Origin: an uncultured Bacillales bacterium
GTDB taxonomy: Bacteria > Bacillota_I > Bacilli_A > RF39 > UBA660
Direction: 5' to 3'
NCBI GenBank assembly: GCA_946624985.1
Contig: CAMOSQ010000005.1
Location: forward strand, 1-62,868
DNA: 62,868 nt
Part shown: positions 19,040-29,540 of the stretch, in pieces
How positions within the stretch are numbered: position 1 is the first letter of the stretch
Layout of the letters: the number at the start of each line of letters is the position of its first letter
Made by a program: the position numbers and the translations under genes
Notes under the pieces: generated by a model
Databases searched by the model: none
What the model was told of the DNA's origin: nothing
Seen by the model: only the letters and a program-made list of their open reading frames with translations

Positions 19040-19651
19040 TTATGAATTTTCATCCATAATTTTTTTTGAATATATACATCCACAATAATTTTGCCTGTAT
19101 AAATTATATTTTTTTGAAAGAATTATACTTGTTTTATATCCCTCTTTCTTCTTAAAATCTGAATATAAATATTTTATATTATATTTTTCTTCCAATTCTT
19201 TTCCAATTTGATTTAATACCTGCGAATTTTTTAAAGGACTGATTGTTAATGTTGTAGTAAAATAATCAAAGTTATTTTCTTTTGCATACTTAGCTGCTTT
19301 TTCTATCCTTAGTTTATAACATTTCCTACATCTAATTCCACCTTCAGGTACATCTTCTAATCCTTTTGCGATTTTCTCAAATTCTTCATTTTCATATCCA
19401 CATTCCATAATATGAATGTTATTCTTATTTAGTTCTTTTATTAATCTTTTTGCTTCATTTAACCTTTTTTCATATTCATCATATGGCGAAATATTTGGAT
19501 TATAATAAAGAATTGTTATATCAAAGTAATCACATAAATATGTAAGTACATAACTTGAACAAGGAGCGCAACAGACATGCAATAATAGTTTGGGTTTTGT
19601 ACCATTTATTTCTTTTAGTGTTTTTTCGAGTTCTAATTGATAATTTATCAT
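19040..19651 (-). CDS. queH: Epoxyqueuosine reductase
   Basis: LLLHVCCAPCS, YNPNI, RCRKC, YRQNYCGCIYS. Confidence 0.93.
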   Translation of the reverse strand: MINYQLELEKTLKEINGTKPKLLLHVCCAPCSSYVLTYLCDYFDITILYYNPNISPYDEYEKRLNEAKRLIKELNKNNIHIMECGYENEEFEKIAKGLEDVPEGGIRCRKCYKLRIEKAAKYAKENNFDYFTTTLTISPLKNSQVLNQIGKELEEKYNIKYLYSDFKKKEGYKTSIILSKKYNLYRQNYCGCIYSKKIMDENS

Positions 19652-21453
19652 TCTTCAAATTGGGAATTATATAGATTTTTATAAAAACCATTTTGTTTCA
19701 TTAGTTCTTTATGAGATCCTGTTTCTATAATATCCCCGTCTTTCATAACTAGTATCATGTCTGCATTTTTTATCGTTGATAATCTATGTGCGATTATGAA
19801 AGATGTTCTTCCTTTCATTAGTTCATCCATGGCTTTTTGAATTAATACTTCTGTTCTTGTATCTACACTACTTGTTGCTTCATCTAATATTAATATTTTA
19901 GGATCAGCTAAAATTGCTCGTGCGATTGTTAGTAATTGCTTTTGTCCTCCACTTATATTATTTGTGTCTTCATTTAATTCCATATTATATCCATCTGGTA
20001 AAGTTTTAATAAAATGATCAGCATGCGCAGTTTTTGCTGCCTCTTTTACATCATTATCCGATGCATTTAAATTTCCATATCTAATATTATCCATTACCGT
20101 TCCTGAGAATACCCATGAGTCTTGCAAAACCATTCCAAAAACTTTTCTAAATTCTTTTTTATTTAGTTTATTTATGTTTTTTCCATCTATTAGTATTTCA
20201 CCATCATTTAAATTATAGAATTTCATTAATAGTTTTACTATCGTTGTTTTTCCGGCTCCTGTTGGACCTACTATCGCGATTTTTTGTCCTGGCTTAATTT
20301 TAGCATTAAAGTCATTTATAATTATATTTTCATCATATCCAAATTTTACATGCTTAAATTCTACGCTTCCTTTAATTTTTTCTATATCAACCTGCTCTTT
20401 ATAGCTATTATCTTCTTCTCTTTCTTCTAAAAATTCAAATATTCTTTCTGCTGCTGCAATCATAGATTGAATCATATTAAGTATCTGCGCAATTTGTGTT
20501 ATTGGATGGGTGAAGTTTTTATTATAACTAATAAATGATTGAATATCTCCTATTTTTATTCTCCCTTTTATTGTAAAATATCCACCTATTATTGATATTA
20601 CAACATATCCTAGATTTCCAATAAATGCCATTATTGGATGCATCAGTCCTGAAAGAAACCCGCTTTTCCATGATGCTTCATATAATAGTTCATTTTGCTT
20701 ATCAAATTTTTCCATTAATTTTTCTTGTGCATTAAATGATGTAATAATATTATGTCCACCATACATTTCTTCTACTGATCCATTTATATCTGCTAAATAA
20801 TCTTGTTGATTTTTAAAGTGCTTTTGAGAAAATTTAATAATTGTTCCTACAAATATTAACGTTATCGGTATTATTCCTAGCGCAATTAATGTCATTAATG
20901 GATCAATACTTAACATCATTATAAGAATTCCTATTACTGTTATCAAACTTGTAATTAATTGTGTTGCACTTTGATCTAGGCTTTGACTTAATGTATCAAC
21001 ATCATTTGTTACAAGTGATAAAGTTTCTCCATTTGTTTTTTTATCAAAATATGACATTGGTAGTCTATTAACTTTTTCTGATATTTCTTTTCTTAATTTA
21101 TATGTTGTTTTTTGTGATATACCTGCCATTATGAATCCTTGAATATATGTAAATATTGCGCTAATGATATATAGTATTAAAAGTCCTAATAACATTTTTG
21201 TTATCTTATCAAAATCTATTCCACCAAATCCTGAGATTTTTTTCATAAATCCTTCTGATAATTCAGTTATTGTGTTTCCTAGTATTTTTGGGCCTATTAT
21301 TGAGAATATTGTTGATGCAACTGCGAATAATGTTACTATTATAAGTCCTATTTTATAATCACTCATATAGTATAGGAGTTTTTTTAATGTCCCTTTAAAG
21401 TCCTTTGCTCTTTCTACTTGCATTCCTGGACCTCTTCTTCTATTATTTGCCAT
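19648..21453 (-). CDS. Heterodimeric ABC exporter subunit (consensus NBD)
   Basis: TMD plus GPTGAGKTT, ISGGQKQ, LILDEATSSVD, IAHRLST. Confidence 0.95.
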   Translation of the reverse strand: MANNRRRGPGMQVERAKDFKGTLKKLLYYMSDYKIGLIIVTLFAVASTIFSIIGPKILGNTITELSEGFMKKISGFGGIDFDKITKMLLGLLILYIISAIFTYIQGFIMAGISQKTTYKLRKEISEKVNRLPMSYFDKKTNGETLSLVTNDVDTLSQSLDQSATQLITSLITVIGILIMMLSIDPLMTLIALGIIPITLIFVGTIIKFSQKHFKNQQDYLADINGSVEEMYGGHNIITSFNAQEKLMEKFDKQNELLYEASWKSGFLSGLMHPIMAFIGNLGYVVISIIGGYFTIKGRIKIGDIQSFISYNKNFTHPITQIAQILNMIQSMIAAAERIFEFLEEREEDNSYKEQVDIEKIKGSVEFKHVKFGYDENIIINDFNAKIKPGQKIAIVGPTGAGKTTIVKLLMKFYNLNDGEILIDGKNINKLNKKEFRKVFGMVLQDSWVFSGTVMDNIRYGNLNASDNDVKEAAKTAHADHFIKTLPDGYNMELNEDTNNISGGQKQLLTIARAILADPKILILDEATSSVDTRTEVLIQKAMDELMKGRTSFIIAHRLSTIKNADMILVMKDGDIIETGSHKELMKQNGFYKNLYNSQFEE

Positions 21454-23584
21454 TTAGTTCCTCCTCTGTTACCTGTGAAAGTGCTATTTCTTTATATATT
21501 TCGCAGTTCTTCATTAGTTCCTCATGTTTTCCAATTCCTACTATTTTTCCTTCATCTAAAACTATTATTTGATCAGCATTTAGTACTGTACTAATTCTTT
21601 GAGCAACTATTATCACCGTACTATCTTTTGTTACTGATTTTAATTCGTGTCTTAGATTTTTATCTGTTTTAAAATCTAATGCTGAAAATGAATCATCAAA
21701 TATATATATACATGGATTTTTGTAGATTGCTCGTGCTATCGATAGTCTTTGTTTTTGTCCTCCAGATACATTTGTACCACCTTGTGATATAACTTCATCG
21801 TATTTATTTTTCTTTTCGTTTATGAATTCTTCTGATTGTGAAATTCTAGCTGCTTCTTCCACTTTCTTTTTGTCTATTCTCTTTTTTCCGAATGCTATAT
21901 TTTCCTTTATTGTACCTTTAAATAGTATTCCTTTTTGTGGCACATATCCTATATTCTCTCTTAGAGTATATAAGTCTAGTTTATTAACATTAATTCCATC
22001 TATTAGTATTTCGCCACCTGTTACATCGAAAAATCTTGGTATTAAATTAATTAATGTTGATTTTCCAGATCCTGTTCCACCTATTATTGCAGTAGTTGTT
22101 CCAGGACTTGCTTTAAATGAAATGTTTTCAAGTATATCTTCATCTGCATCATGATATCTAAAGTATACATCCTTAAATTCAATATTTCCTTTGAATTTTT
22201 CTCCAATTTCGTCTATTACAACTGGTTCTTTAATCATTGGATCTTTGTCTAATACTTCTGCTATTCTTTTAATAGATACTATTGCTCTTGGTATCATTAT
22301 TGACATCATTGATATCATTAAAAATGAAATTATTATTTGCATTGTATATTGTATAAATGCCATTAGTGTTCCTATTTGAACTGTACCTAAATCTATTCTT
22401 TTTGCGCCTATATACACAATTAAAATGCATATAAAATTCATTATTAGATTCATTGTTGGCATCATTACTGACATTATTCTATTTACAAAAAGATTTACTT
22501 TCTTTAGATTTTTATTTGCTTCATCAAATCTTTCTTCTTCATGTTTTTCATTTGCAAATGCTCTTATTACTGGTAATCCACTAAGTGTTTCTCTAAATAC
22601 CAGATTTACTCTATCTATTAAGCTTTGTAGTATTTTAAATTTTGGAATTACTACTGTAAATAATACTATCACTAAAATTAGAATTAGTGAAATACCTATT
22701 ATTAATATAAAATTAAGCGGATTATTTATTACTTTTAGTAATGCACCTATTCCCATTATTGGTGCGAATGCAGCAATTCTAAGTGACATTGTTAAAGTCA
22801 TTTGTATCCTGTTTATATCATTTGTACTACGTGTAATTAGAGAAGCTGTTCCTATTTCTTTCATTTCTTTGTTTCCGAAACTCATTACTTTTTCTACTAC
22901 TTCTCTTCTTACTGATGAACCAAATCTTGCTGATATTCTACTTGATAAATATGATACTATTATAATTGTTATTGCACTAAGTAATGAAAGCGCTATCATT
23001 TTTAATCCTGATATCTTTATATAATTATTTTGTGTTTTAGCAATATCCATATTTACGTTTTGATATACGCCTTTTACATATTCTATTCCAATTTGCATTT
23101 TTAGCTTGTCATCAATTTCATTATACTTTTCTTCTATTTTTTCAATTATTTCTTTTTTGTCATTACTTTTTAAAATTTTATAGAATTCTTCTTTTGTTTC
23201 TAAATTCATACTTTTTAGTATTGCTTTACCACTTTCTCCTTCTATCATTTTAATTGTTATTTCTGGAGTAAGTAGTATTTTTGAAATTTCTTTTCTTGTT
23301 TCTTTGTCTATTTTCTTTAGATTATATGTCCCATCTAATTCATAGTTTTCAAGTATTTTTTCTTTTTCTTCTTTTGATAGGAAAAGTTCTATTGTTTTTA
23401 GATCATCTTCTTTTATTTTTTCAAATACATTGTCTTCTATTCCATTTTGTCTTATTCCTACATCTACTATTTTAGCAGTATAGTCAGGAAGTGATAAGTC
23501 GCACATTGCGCCTATAAATAAGGATATAAAAACTAATAGAATTGATATTTTATATTGTTTTAAGTGTTTTAGCAATATTTTCAT
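21443..23584 (-). CDS. Heterodimeric ABC exporter subunit (degenerate NBD) with large extracellular loop
   Basis: GGTGSGKST, VSGGQKQR, IFDDSFSALD, VAQRIST. Confidence 0.95.
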   Translation of the reverse strand: MKILLKHLKQYKISILLVFISLFIGAMCDLSLPDYTAKIVDVGIRQNGIEDNVFEKIKEDDLKTIELFLSKEEKEKILENYELDGTYNLKKIDKETRKEISKILLTPEITIKMIEGESGKAILKSMNLETKEEFYKILKSNDKKEIIEKIEEKYNEIDDKLKMQIGIEYVKGVYQNVNMDIAKTQNNYIKISGLKMIALSLLSAITIIIVSYLSSRISARFGSSVRREVVEKVMSFGNKEMKEIGTASLITRSTNDINRIQMTLTMSLRIAAFAPIMGIGALLKVINNPLNFILIIGISLILILVIVLFTVVIPKFKILQSLIDRVNLVFRETLSGLPVIRAFANEKHEEERFDEANKNLKKVNLFVNRIMSVMMPTMNLIMNFICILIVYIGAKRIDLGTVQIGTLMAFIQYTMQIIISFLMISMMSIMIPRAIVSIKRIAEVLDKDPMIKEPVVIDEIGEKFKGNIEFKDVYFRYHDADEDILENISFKASPGTTTAIIGGTGSGKSTLINLIPRFFDVTGGEILIDGINVNKLDLYTLRENIGYVPQKGILFKGTIKENIAFGKKRIDKKKVEEAARISQSEEFINEKKNKYDEVISQGGTNVSGGQKQRLSIARAIYKNPCIYIFDDSFSALDFKTDKNLRHELKSVTKDSTVIIVAQRISTVLNADQIIVLDEGKIVGIGKHEELMKNCEIYKEIALSQVTEEELNGK

Positions 23585-23585
23585 T

Positions 23586-24197
23586 TTAGTCCTCCTTATA
23601 TATTCCTCGTTTTAATATTTCTAGTTGATTATTTAATTTTTCTAATACTTCTTCTTCTGTTTCTTTATCCATAAATAGATCTATTAATCCATGCATTACA
23701 AATCCCATTATAATGTCCAATATGTAAAATAATTCTTCTTCTGTTTTTATGTTTAGATTATCTTTTTTTATTTTTGAGATTAATTCAACAAATTTATATT
23801 TATCTTCGATACTTTCTTCCTGCATTTTATTTCTTATTGATATATTGTAGTTAAAGTTTAAGAAGATATTTTTAAATAGCTTTTTATCTTCTGAGCATAT
23901 TTTTAAAATTTTTTCATATGACATTTTTGTTGTTTCAAATAAATCACCACTTGATTCTTTAAGTGACTGTTTTATTGTTTTAATTAGTTTTTCTTTATAT
24001 TTATTTAATGAATATGCATATAAATCATTTATGTCTTTAAAATATGTATAGAAACTACCTCTTGAAATATTTGCATCCTTTATTATTTTATTAATAGAAG
24101 CATCTGCTAAAAGAACTCTTTTAAATTCCTTTATTGATGCTTCTATTATTATATTTTTCTTTTCTTCTGGTAAATTAATAAATGTTAATGTTGGCAT
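23586..24197 (-). CDS. TetR/AcrR-family regulator
   Basis: MPTLTFINLPEEKK, ASINKIIKDANISRGSFYTYF. Confidence 0.92.
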   Translation of the reverse strand: MPTLTFINLPEEKKNIIIEASIKEFKRVLLADASINKIIKDANISRGSFYTYFKDINDLYAYSLNKYKEKLIKTIKQSLKESSGDLFETTKMSYEKILKICSEDKKLFKNIFLNFNYNISIRNKMQEESIEDKYKFVELISKIKKDNLNIKTEEELFYILDIIMGFVMHGLIDLFMDKETEEEVLEKLNNQLEILKRGIYKED

Positions 24198-26473
24198 TAT
24201 TCTGTTCTAAGTGCTTCCACTGGATCTTTTTTAGCAGCAATTTTTGCAGGTATAAATCCACCAATTACTGTTAAAAGGATGCTTATTATTAGAAGTATTA
24301 GCGCATGTTTCGGATTTAATTTTGCAACATCTTTTAGTTCTGTTAATTTTTCTATTATTCTATTTGCAGGGAATGTTAATATTTTAGCAATTAATAGTCC
24401 TAGCGTTCCTGAAGTAAGCCCAATTATAAATGTTTCTGCATTAAATACTCTTGTTATATCTTTTTTTCTTGCTCCAAGTGCTCTTAATATACCAATTTCT
24501 TTTGTTCTTTCTAGTACAGATATATATGTTATTATTCCAATCATTATAGACGATACCACTAGTGATATTGCAGAAAATGCTATCAGTACTATTGTTATGG
24601 CATCCATAATATTTCCTGACATTGTTGTTATTAATTTTGCTTCATCAATATAGATTATTTTATCTTCATCGCTTTTTCCTTCATTATAATCATCTAATAC
24701 TTTTAGTATTTCATCTTTTGAATCAAAATCACTTGGATAAATGCTTATCATTATTGGAGAAGTTTCTGCTCCAAGATATGATAGCATTGTTTCTTTTTCA
24801 TCATCATTTTTAAAAGGTGAAGTTGTTAAAATATTATAATCTTTCTCTTTTTGTGATTTTACTATATCAGATTGATTGTTTTTTTCTATTATATAATCAG
24901 TTAATGAATTATTATACATTAGTCCTGAACCTGACATTTTAGCAAAGTCACTACCTTCTTTTCCTCTCATTATTGCAGATATTTTAAGTGTAATTACATT
25001 ATTACTTTCGTATAGTTTTTCTAAATCAGTATTAACTGTATAGAATTCTCCTATTTTTTTATAGTAATCATTATTTAATATTAATTTAAATTCTTTTCCA
25101 ACAATATCTTTAAAATTTATATTTTCTTGTTCAAAGCCTAATTCTTTTAATAATGATTCTGATACTCTATTTTTTGAATCAACTAATAATACAAGATCTT
25201 CTTTTTTTTCAGTTAATTCACCATATATCACTTCAAAATTATCTTTCACAACTCTTGCTTGTTTATTATCTAGTGTACTAGGTGTAGGTACAATAGATAT
25301 GTTTTGTCCTAGTTGTTTAGTCTTACCATTTATTTTAGTGATAAGATTTAGATTAGTTGCTCTTTGAAATGCAATTCCACCTATTTTATTTGAATCAATA
25401 CTCCTTATTTTATCCATATATTCCTTTGTAATTTTATTAATATGAATCATTGTTTCTACAGTTTTTTGTGGATGAATTACCTCATCAGTTGGATATTCTA
25501 TTAAATAATCATCCTCTTGTACAATATTTGTCATTTGCTGCATATCCATTGATTGCTTTGAAATAATTATTGGTGCTTGTGATAAAGTATCTTTTTCAAA
25601 TTTATCAATTTGTAATTTAAAACCATTTGATAAAGATAATATTAAAGCAATTCCAATTATACCTATACTAGATGCAAATGCAGTTATTAGTGTTCTTCCC
25701 TTTTTTGTTTTAATATTATTAAATGATAATTTTAAAGCTGTTAGATAATTCATTGATGTTTTTTTAATATTATATGTATTTTCTTCCTTATCACTATCTA
25801 AAGGATTAGAATCATCTATTAATTCTCCATCTCTAAACTCTACTATTCTATTTGCGTATACATTAGCTAGTTCTGGATTATGTGTTACCATTATTACTAG
25901 CTTATCCTTTGCTATTTCTGTAATTAATTCCATTATTTGAGTACTTGTTTTTGTATCAAGTGCTCCAGTTGGTTCATCAGCAAGTATTATATCAGGATCA
26001 TTTGCTAAAGCACGAGCTATAGCAACTCTTTGCATTTGTCCACCAGATAATTGATTAGGTTTTTTATGAGCATGTTCTTTTAAGCCTACTTTTTTTAATA
26101 ATTCAAGTGCTTTTTTATGACGTTTCTTTGCATTCATTCCACTTAGTGTCATACCCATTTCAACATTTTCTAATACACTTATATGACTAATTAAATTATA
26201 GCTTTGAAAAATAAAACCAATACTATTATTTCTATAAGCATCCCAATCAGATTGTTTAAACTTTTTTGTTGATTTACCATTTATTATTAAATCTCCACTA
26301 TCATATCTATCAAGTCCACCTATTATATTTAATAGTGTTGTTTTACCACTTCCACTAGGTCCTAGTATAGCTACGAATTCATTCTTTCTAAATTCTAGAT
26401 CAATACCTTTTAACGCATGCTGAATAAAATCTCCAGTCTTATAACTCTTTTTTATTTTTTTTAATTGTAACAT
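24197..26473 (-). CDS. MacB-like fused ABC ATP-binding/FtsX permease
   Basis: GPSGSGKTT, LSGGQMQR, ADEPTG, SVLERTKEIGILRALGA, DPVEALRTE. Confidence 0.94.
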   Translation of the reverse strand: MLQLKKIKKSYKTGDFIQHALKGIDLEFRKNEFVAILGPSGSGKTTLLNIIGGLDRYDSGDLIINGKSTKKFKQSDWDAYRNNSIGFIFQSYNLISHISVLENVEMGMTLSGMNAKKRHKKALELLKKVGLKEHAHKKPNQLSGGQMQRVAIARALANDPDIILADEPTGALDTKTSTQIMELITEIAKDKLVIMVTHNPELANVYANRIVEFRDGELIDDSNPLDSDKEENTYNIKKTSMNYLTALKLSFNNIKTKKGRTLITAFASSIGIIGIALILSLSNGFKLQIDKFEKDTLSQAPIIISKQSMDMQQMTNIVQEDDYLIEYPTDEVIHPQKTVETMIHINKITKEYMDKIRSIDSNKIGGIAFQRATNLNLITKINGKTKQLGQNISIVPTPSTLDNKQARVVKDNFEVIYGELTEKKEDLVLLVDSKNRVSESLLKELGFEQENINFKDIVGKEFKLILNNDYYKKIGEFYTVNTDLEKLYESNNVITLKISAIMRGKEGSDFAKMSGSGLMYNNSLTDYIIEKNNQSDIVKSQKEKDYNILTTSPFKNDDEKETMLSYLGAETSPIMISIYPSDFDSKDEILKVLDDYNEGKSDEDKIIYIDEAKLITTMSGNIMDAITIVLIAFSAISLVVSSIMIGIITYISVLERTKEIGILRALGARKKDITRVFNAETFIIGLTSGTLGLLIAKILTFPANRIIEKLTELKDVAKLNPKHALILLIISILLTVIGGFIPAKIAAKKDPVEALRTE

Positions 26474-26485
26474 GTTTCCTCCTTT

Positions 26486-26530
26486 TATGACAACATATCA
26501 ATTATATTATGACAGGTTGTCATATGTCAA
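26486..26530 (-). promoter_or_regulatory. Promoter of the ABC/TetR operon with palindromic operator
   Basis: TTGACA(26530-26525)-18-TATAAT(26506-26501); TATGACA-GGT-TGTCATA fills the spacer; extra half-site at 26486. Confidence 0.75.
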
Positions 26531-26692
26531 CTGTTTTTTCCAATTACACTTATTATATTTTTTCTTTTTACATTTTATGACAAAAAATCATAAATAATTA
26601 AATAACTATTTATGATTTAAATTAATATATTATTAAATATTTACATAATAATACCAAATTTTATTTGTCGACATTCATTCGAATTTGATTTT

Positions 26693-26721
26693 GGGACCGA
26701 TTTTTTACAAAATCAGCTCCC
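26693..26721 (-). other. Hairpin just after the pilin-like gene stop (DGR-target-like hairpin or terminator)
   Basis: GGGAGCTGATTTT-GTAA-AAAATCGGTCCC; followed by A's rather than a U-tract on the coding strand. Confidence 0.5.
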
Positions 26722-26723
26722 TC

Positions 26724-28301
26724 TTAGAGATCAGATGTTGGAATTATTATAACCGGACGCACCCCGTAGCTGTTGTCGTAATAGCTGTTGTTAAAGCCGC
26801 CACCGCGGAACACAAACATCACTTTGGTACTGGTTTGAGCCGAACCGAGCCAGTAAGATTCTCCATTTGCTCGTGCCTCATCATTCACAAACATTGATGT
26901 ATCATATGCTTCATCATAATATAATAATCTTCCTGTTGCTGATGAAGGTAATCCGTACGTTGTTGTTTTTAAAGTTTCTAAATAACCTTCTACATATCCG
27001 TGTGTATTACTATTTGAGTCATATATATTAGGATATACTTGAGTATTATTTGTATCTACAAATTTATAATTTGCTGAATCATAACTATATGCACCATTAT
27101 TTGAATATGCTGACTTTAACGTGTTTGGTATTGTTGTAATATCCATCCAATAAACACTACCTGAGAATCTTATTGAATCAGGTGAAGATGCATCTTGTTT
27201 ATATGTTACAGGATCTGTTGTTGTATCTTTCTTTAAATTATAATCTGCAAATAACATTGCTTTTTGTGTTCCTTCTTGTGTAAATATTTTAATTATTTTA
27301 AAGCATTCTTGTTGCCCTGTTGGTCCATAACATATTGGACTTCCAAGTGCTATAATCGCTGGTTTATTTCTAGATGCTCCAAATGTTGATACATAGTTAT
27401 TATCTGTTAATGATTGATAATTAGCTGTTAAATCACCATATGTTAATGAATAATCTACTATTACTACACTATTATTATCAACATTAAAATGTATCCATCC
27501 ACTATCTGGTGCGTTTGTTGTTACACCACTCATTTCTGATACTGTTTTAGCCGTTTCATCTGTAAGTGATGAATTAGCTGTTAGGGCAGCTTTTACATAT
27601 GTATCTACTTTATAAGCTACAACTAATTGCTCTGCTTGCGTTTTAGAAGCTACTTCAGTTCCTTCTTGAGCTACTGCATTATTTGATGTAATTTCATTAT
27701 TTTCATATACTACATTATTATCTGTTACTATAAATGTTTTATCACTTACTGTAACACTTACTGAGTATGCTTTTAATGTATTATTTATGAATGCTACCCA
27801 TCCTTCTGTTATATCTGTTATTCCTGTTGTTCCTGCTTGATTATTTACTATTTCTAAAGCTGCTTCTTTAGCTTCTTTTTTTATTTGCATCTTTGGAGTT
27901 AGTGCTGGTTCTCTTCCTTTTACTGCTTCAATAGAATTAGTCCCTGCATTATATGTTACTACATAGTCTCCTATTATGAATGAGAAATCAGTGACTTCAC
28001 CATTTTCTACTTTAACCCAACCATCTGTTGGTTCTTCTCCTGAAACTGTTAGTCCATCACTTTTATATACCGATATTTCATATTCATCATCTATTACTTC
28101 ATAACTATTATCTGCCATCATTTTTGATAAGTAATATTGATCTATTGCTTTTTTATATCCATATGCTGAATCTATTGCGGATCCTTTGCTTGATCTTTCT
28201 ATTATATCTAATATGATTGGTACTGTAATTACTGCGATTATTGCGAGTATTACTATAATAGCTAATAATTCTATAAGGGTAAAACCACTTCTTCTTTTCA
28301 T
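26724..28301 (-). CDS. Type IV prepilin-like surface protein with C-terminal C-type-lectin-like (YWL..GVRPV) domain
   Basis: MKRRSG|FTLIELLAIIVILAII class III signal; three GW-containing beta modules; YWLGSA...YGVRPVIII. Confidence 0.88.
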   Translation of the reverse strand: MKRRSGFTLIELLAIIVILAIIAVITVPIILDIIERSSKGSAIDSAYGYKKAIDQYYLSKMMADNSYEVIDDEYEISVYKSDGLTVSGEEPTDGWVKVENGEVTDFSFIIGDYVVTYNAGTNSIEAVKGREPALTPKMQIKKEAKEAALEIVNNQAGTTGITDITEGWVAFINNTLKAYSVSVTVSDKTFIVTDNNVVYENNEITSNNAVAQEGTEVASKTQAEQLVVAYKVDTYVKAALTANSSLTDETAKTVSEMSGVTTNAPDSGWIHFNVDNNSVVIVDYSLTYGDLTANYQSLTDNNYVSTFGASRNKPAIIALGSPICYGPTGQQECFKIIKIFTQEGTQKAMLFADYNLKKDTTTDPVTYKQDASSPDSIRFSGSVYWMDITTIPNTLKSAYSNNGAYSYDSANYKFVDTNNTQVYPNIYDSNSNTHGYVEGYLETLKTTTYGLPSSATGRLLYYDEAYDTSMFVNDEARANGESYWLGSAQTSTKVMFVFRGGGFNNSYYDNSYGVRPVIIIPTSDL

Positions 28302-28580
28302 AAGTACTCTCCTATTCTACATTTAATTTTATCAAAAAAAGTACTTATAGTAAAGACTTAATTTTTCAAGATTTTGAAATACTCATTAATTTAACAGATT
28401 TTATATAATCTATATTTTTTTTGTTATAAATTTTAAATTTTTTTATACAAATTATAGTTATTTGTATTTTTTTATTTCATTTTTTTAAATTTATATATTT
28501 GTATTATATTTTTCTATTTGTTATAGTTTGTTTGTGGATTTAATTAGACGTCTAAAATCCCCTTTGAAAGGAGAGATTTT

Positions 28581-29417
28581 ATAGAAAATAATGAACCTAA
28601 ATTTGTAAGTTTAGCCTCAGACACAACATTTAAATATTTATGGAAGAATAATAGAACTAATTCTTGGATTAGGGAAATTGTTGAAGCTAAGACAGGTATT
28701 AGTTTAATTGATTATCATTTATATGACAATGAAATAAATACTGGATCTTTAGTTAAAGATTATAGAACAGATATTACTTTATCTAATAATAAAGATAATG
28801 TTATTATTGAAATGAATAATGATTATTATGATTCTGCCGAAATAAAAGGAAGACAATATCTTTTTAGAAAGGCTGGATTTAGTTTTGATAGTAGTGAAAA
28901 ATATAATGAGATTAGAACTACTACTTTAATAATGTTTAATAATTATTTAAAGAAAGGTTTTGAAGAACAAGCTATTATTAATTCATGATTTGGTGCTCAT
29001 GAACTTGGTATTAAATATGAAGATATTGAAATGTTTGAAATATTCTTGCCAATATTTAATAAAGTGTGTTATCATAGAAGTAACGAAATTGATAAAAGAT
29101 TAAGATTATTCTCTTGTAAGAGTTATGAAGAAATGTATTCTATAGTTGATAAAGATGATCCTAATTATTTTATCATAGAAGAATTGAGGAGATTAGGTAT
29201 GAATAACAAGTTTGTAGATGAATATGATTATGAGTTTGTTCAAAAGAAACTTATGAATTCTATTAAAGATGAAGGCTATGAAAACGGAAAACAAGATGGT
29301 GAAAAATCAAAACAACTTGAAATAGCTAAGAATTTACTATCTGAAAATATAGAAGTTAATATAATTTCTAAAACTACTGGTTTAAGTATTGAAGAAATAA
29401 ACAATTTAAAGGTATAG
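28581..29417 (+). pseudogene. Rpn/PD-(D/E)XK nuclease-family gene, disrupted
   Basis: One frame from ATA at 28581 (AAAGGAG RBS upstream): SDTTFKYL, YRTDI, IIEMN, EIAKNLL..IISKTTGLSIEEI; in-frame TGA at 28986-28988. Confidence 0.8.
29199..29417 (+). CDS. Possible intragenic RpnS-like small protein (72 aa)
   Basis: GAGGAG RBS before in-frame ATG; internal TTGCCA-18-TATCAT with TG at 29046-29075. Confidence 0.45.
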   Translation: MNNKFVDEYDYEFVQKKLMNSIKDEGYENGKQDGEKSKQLEIAKNLLSENIEVNIISKTTGLSIEEINNLKV

Positions 29418-29438
29418 GAAACTATACCTTTTTTTTTA
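29408..29438 (+). terminator. Intrinsic terminator after the Rpn gene
   Basis: AAAGGTATAG-GAAA-CTATACCTTT then T-tract. Confidence 0.8.
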
Positions 29439-29540
29439 TAAATAAATTTACAGTTTTTATTTGTAATTTTAGTTTTCTAATTATATATATTTTGCTTAGT
29501 AAACTATAATAATCTGTATTTTATTATTTCATTTTTTTAG

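Noticed and set aside
26685-26897. 70-aa plus-strand ORF over the pilin 3' end
   Set aside because: Open only because the VR-like segment is GC-rich; no RBS
28986-28988. In-frame TGA as a sign of genetic code 4 (TGA=Trp)
   Set aside because: murC, the sensor kinase, rsgA and cdd end in TGA at expected lengths, and long genes use TGG with no internal TGA
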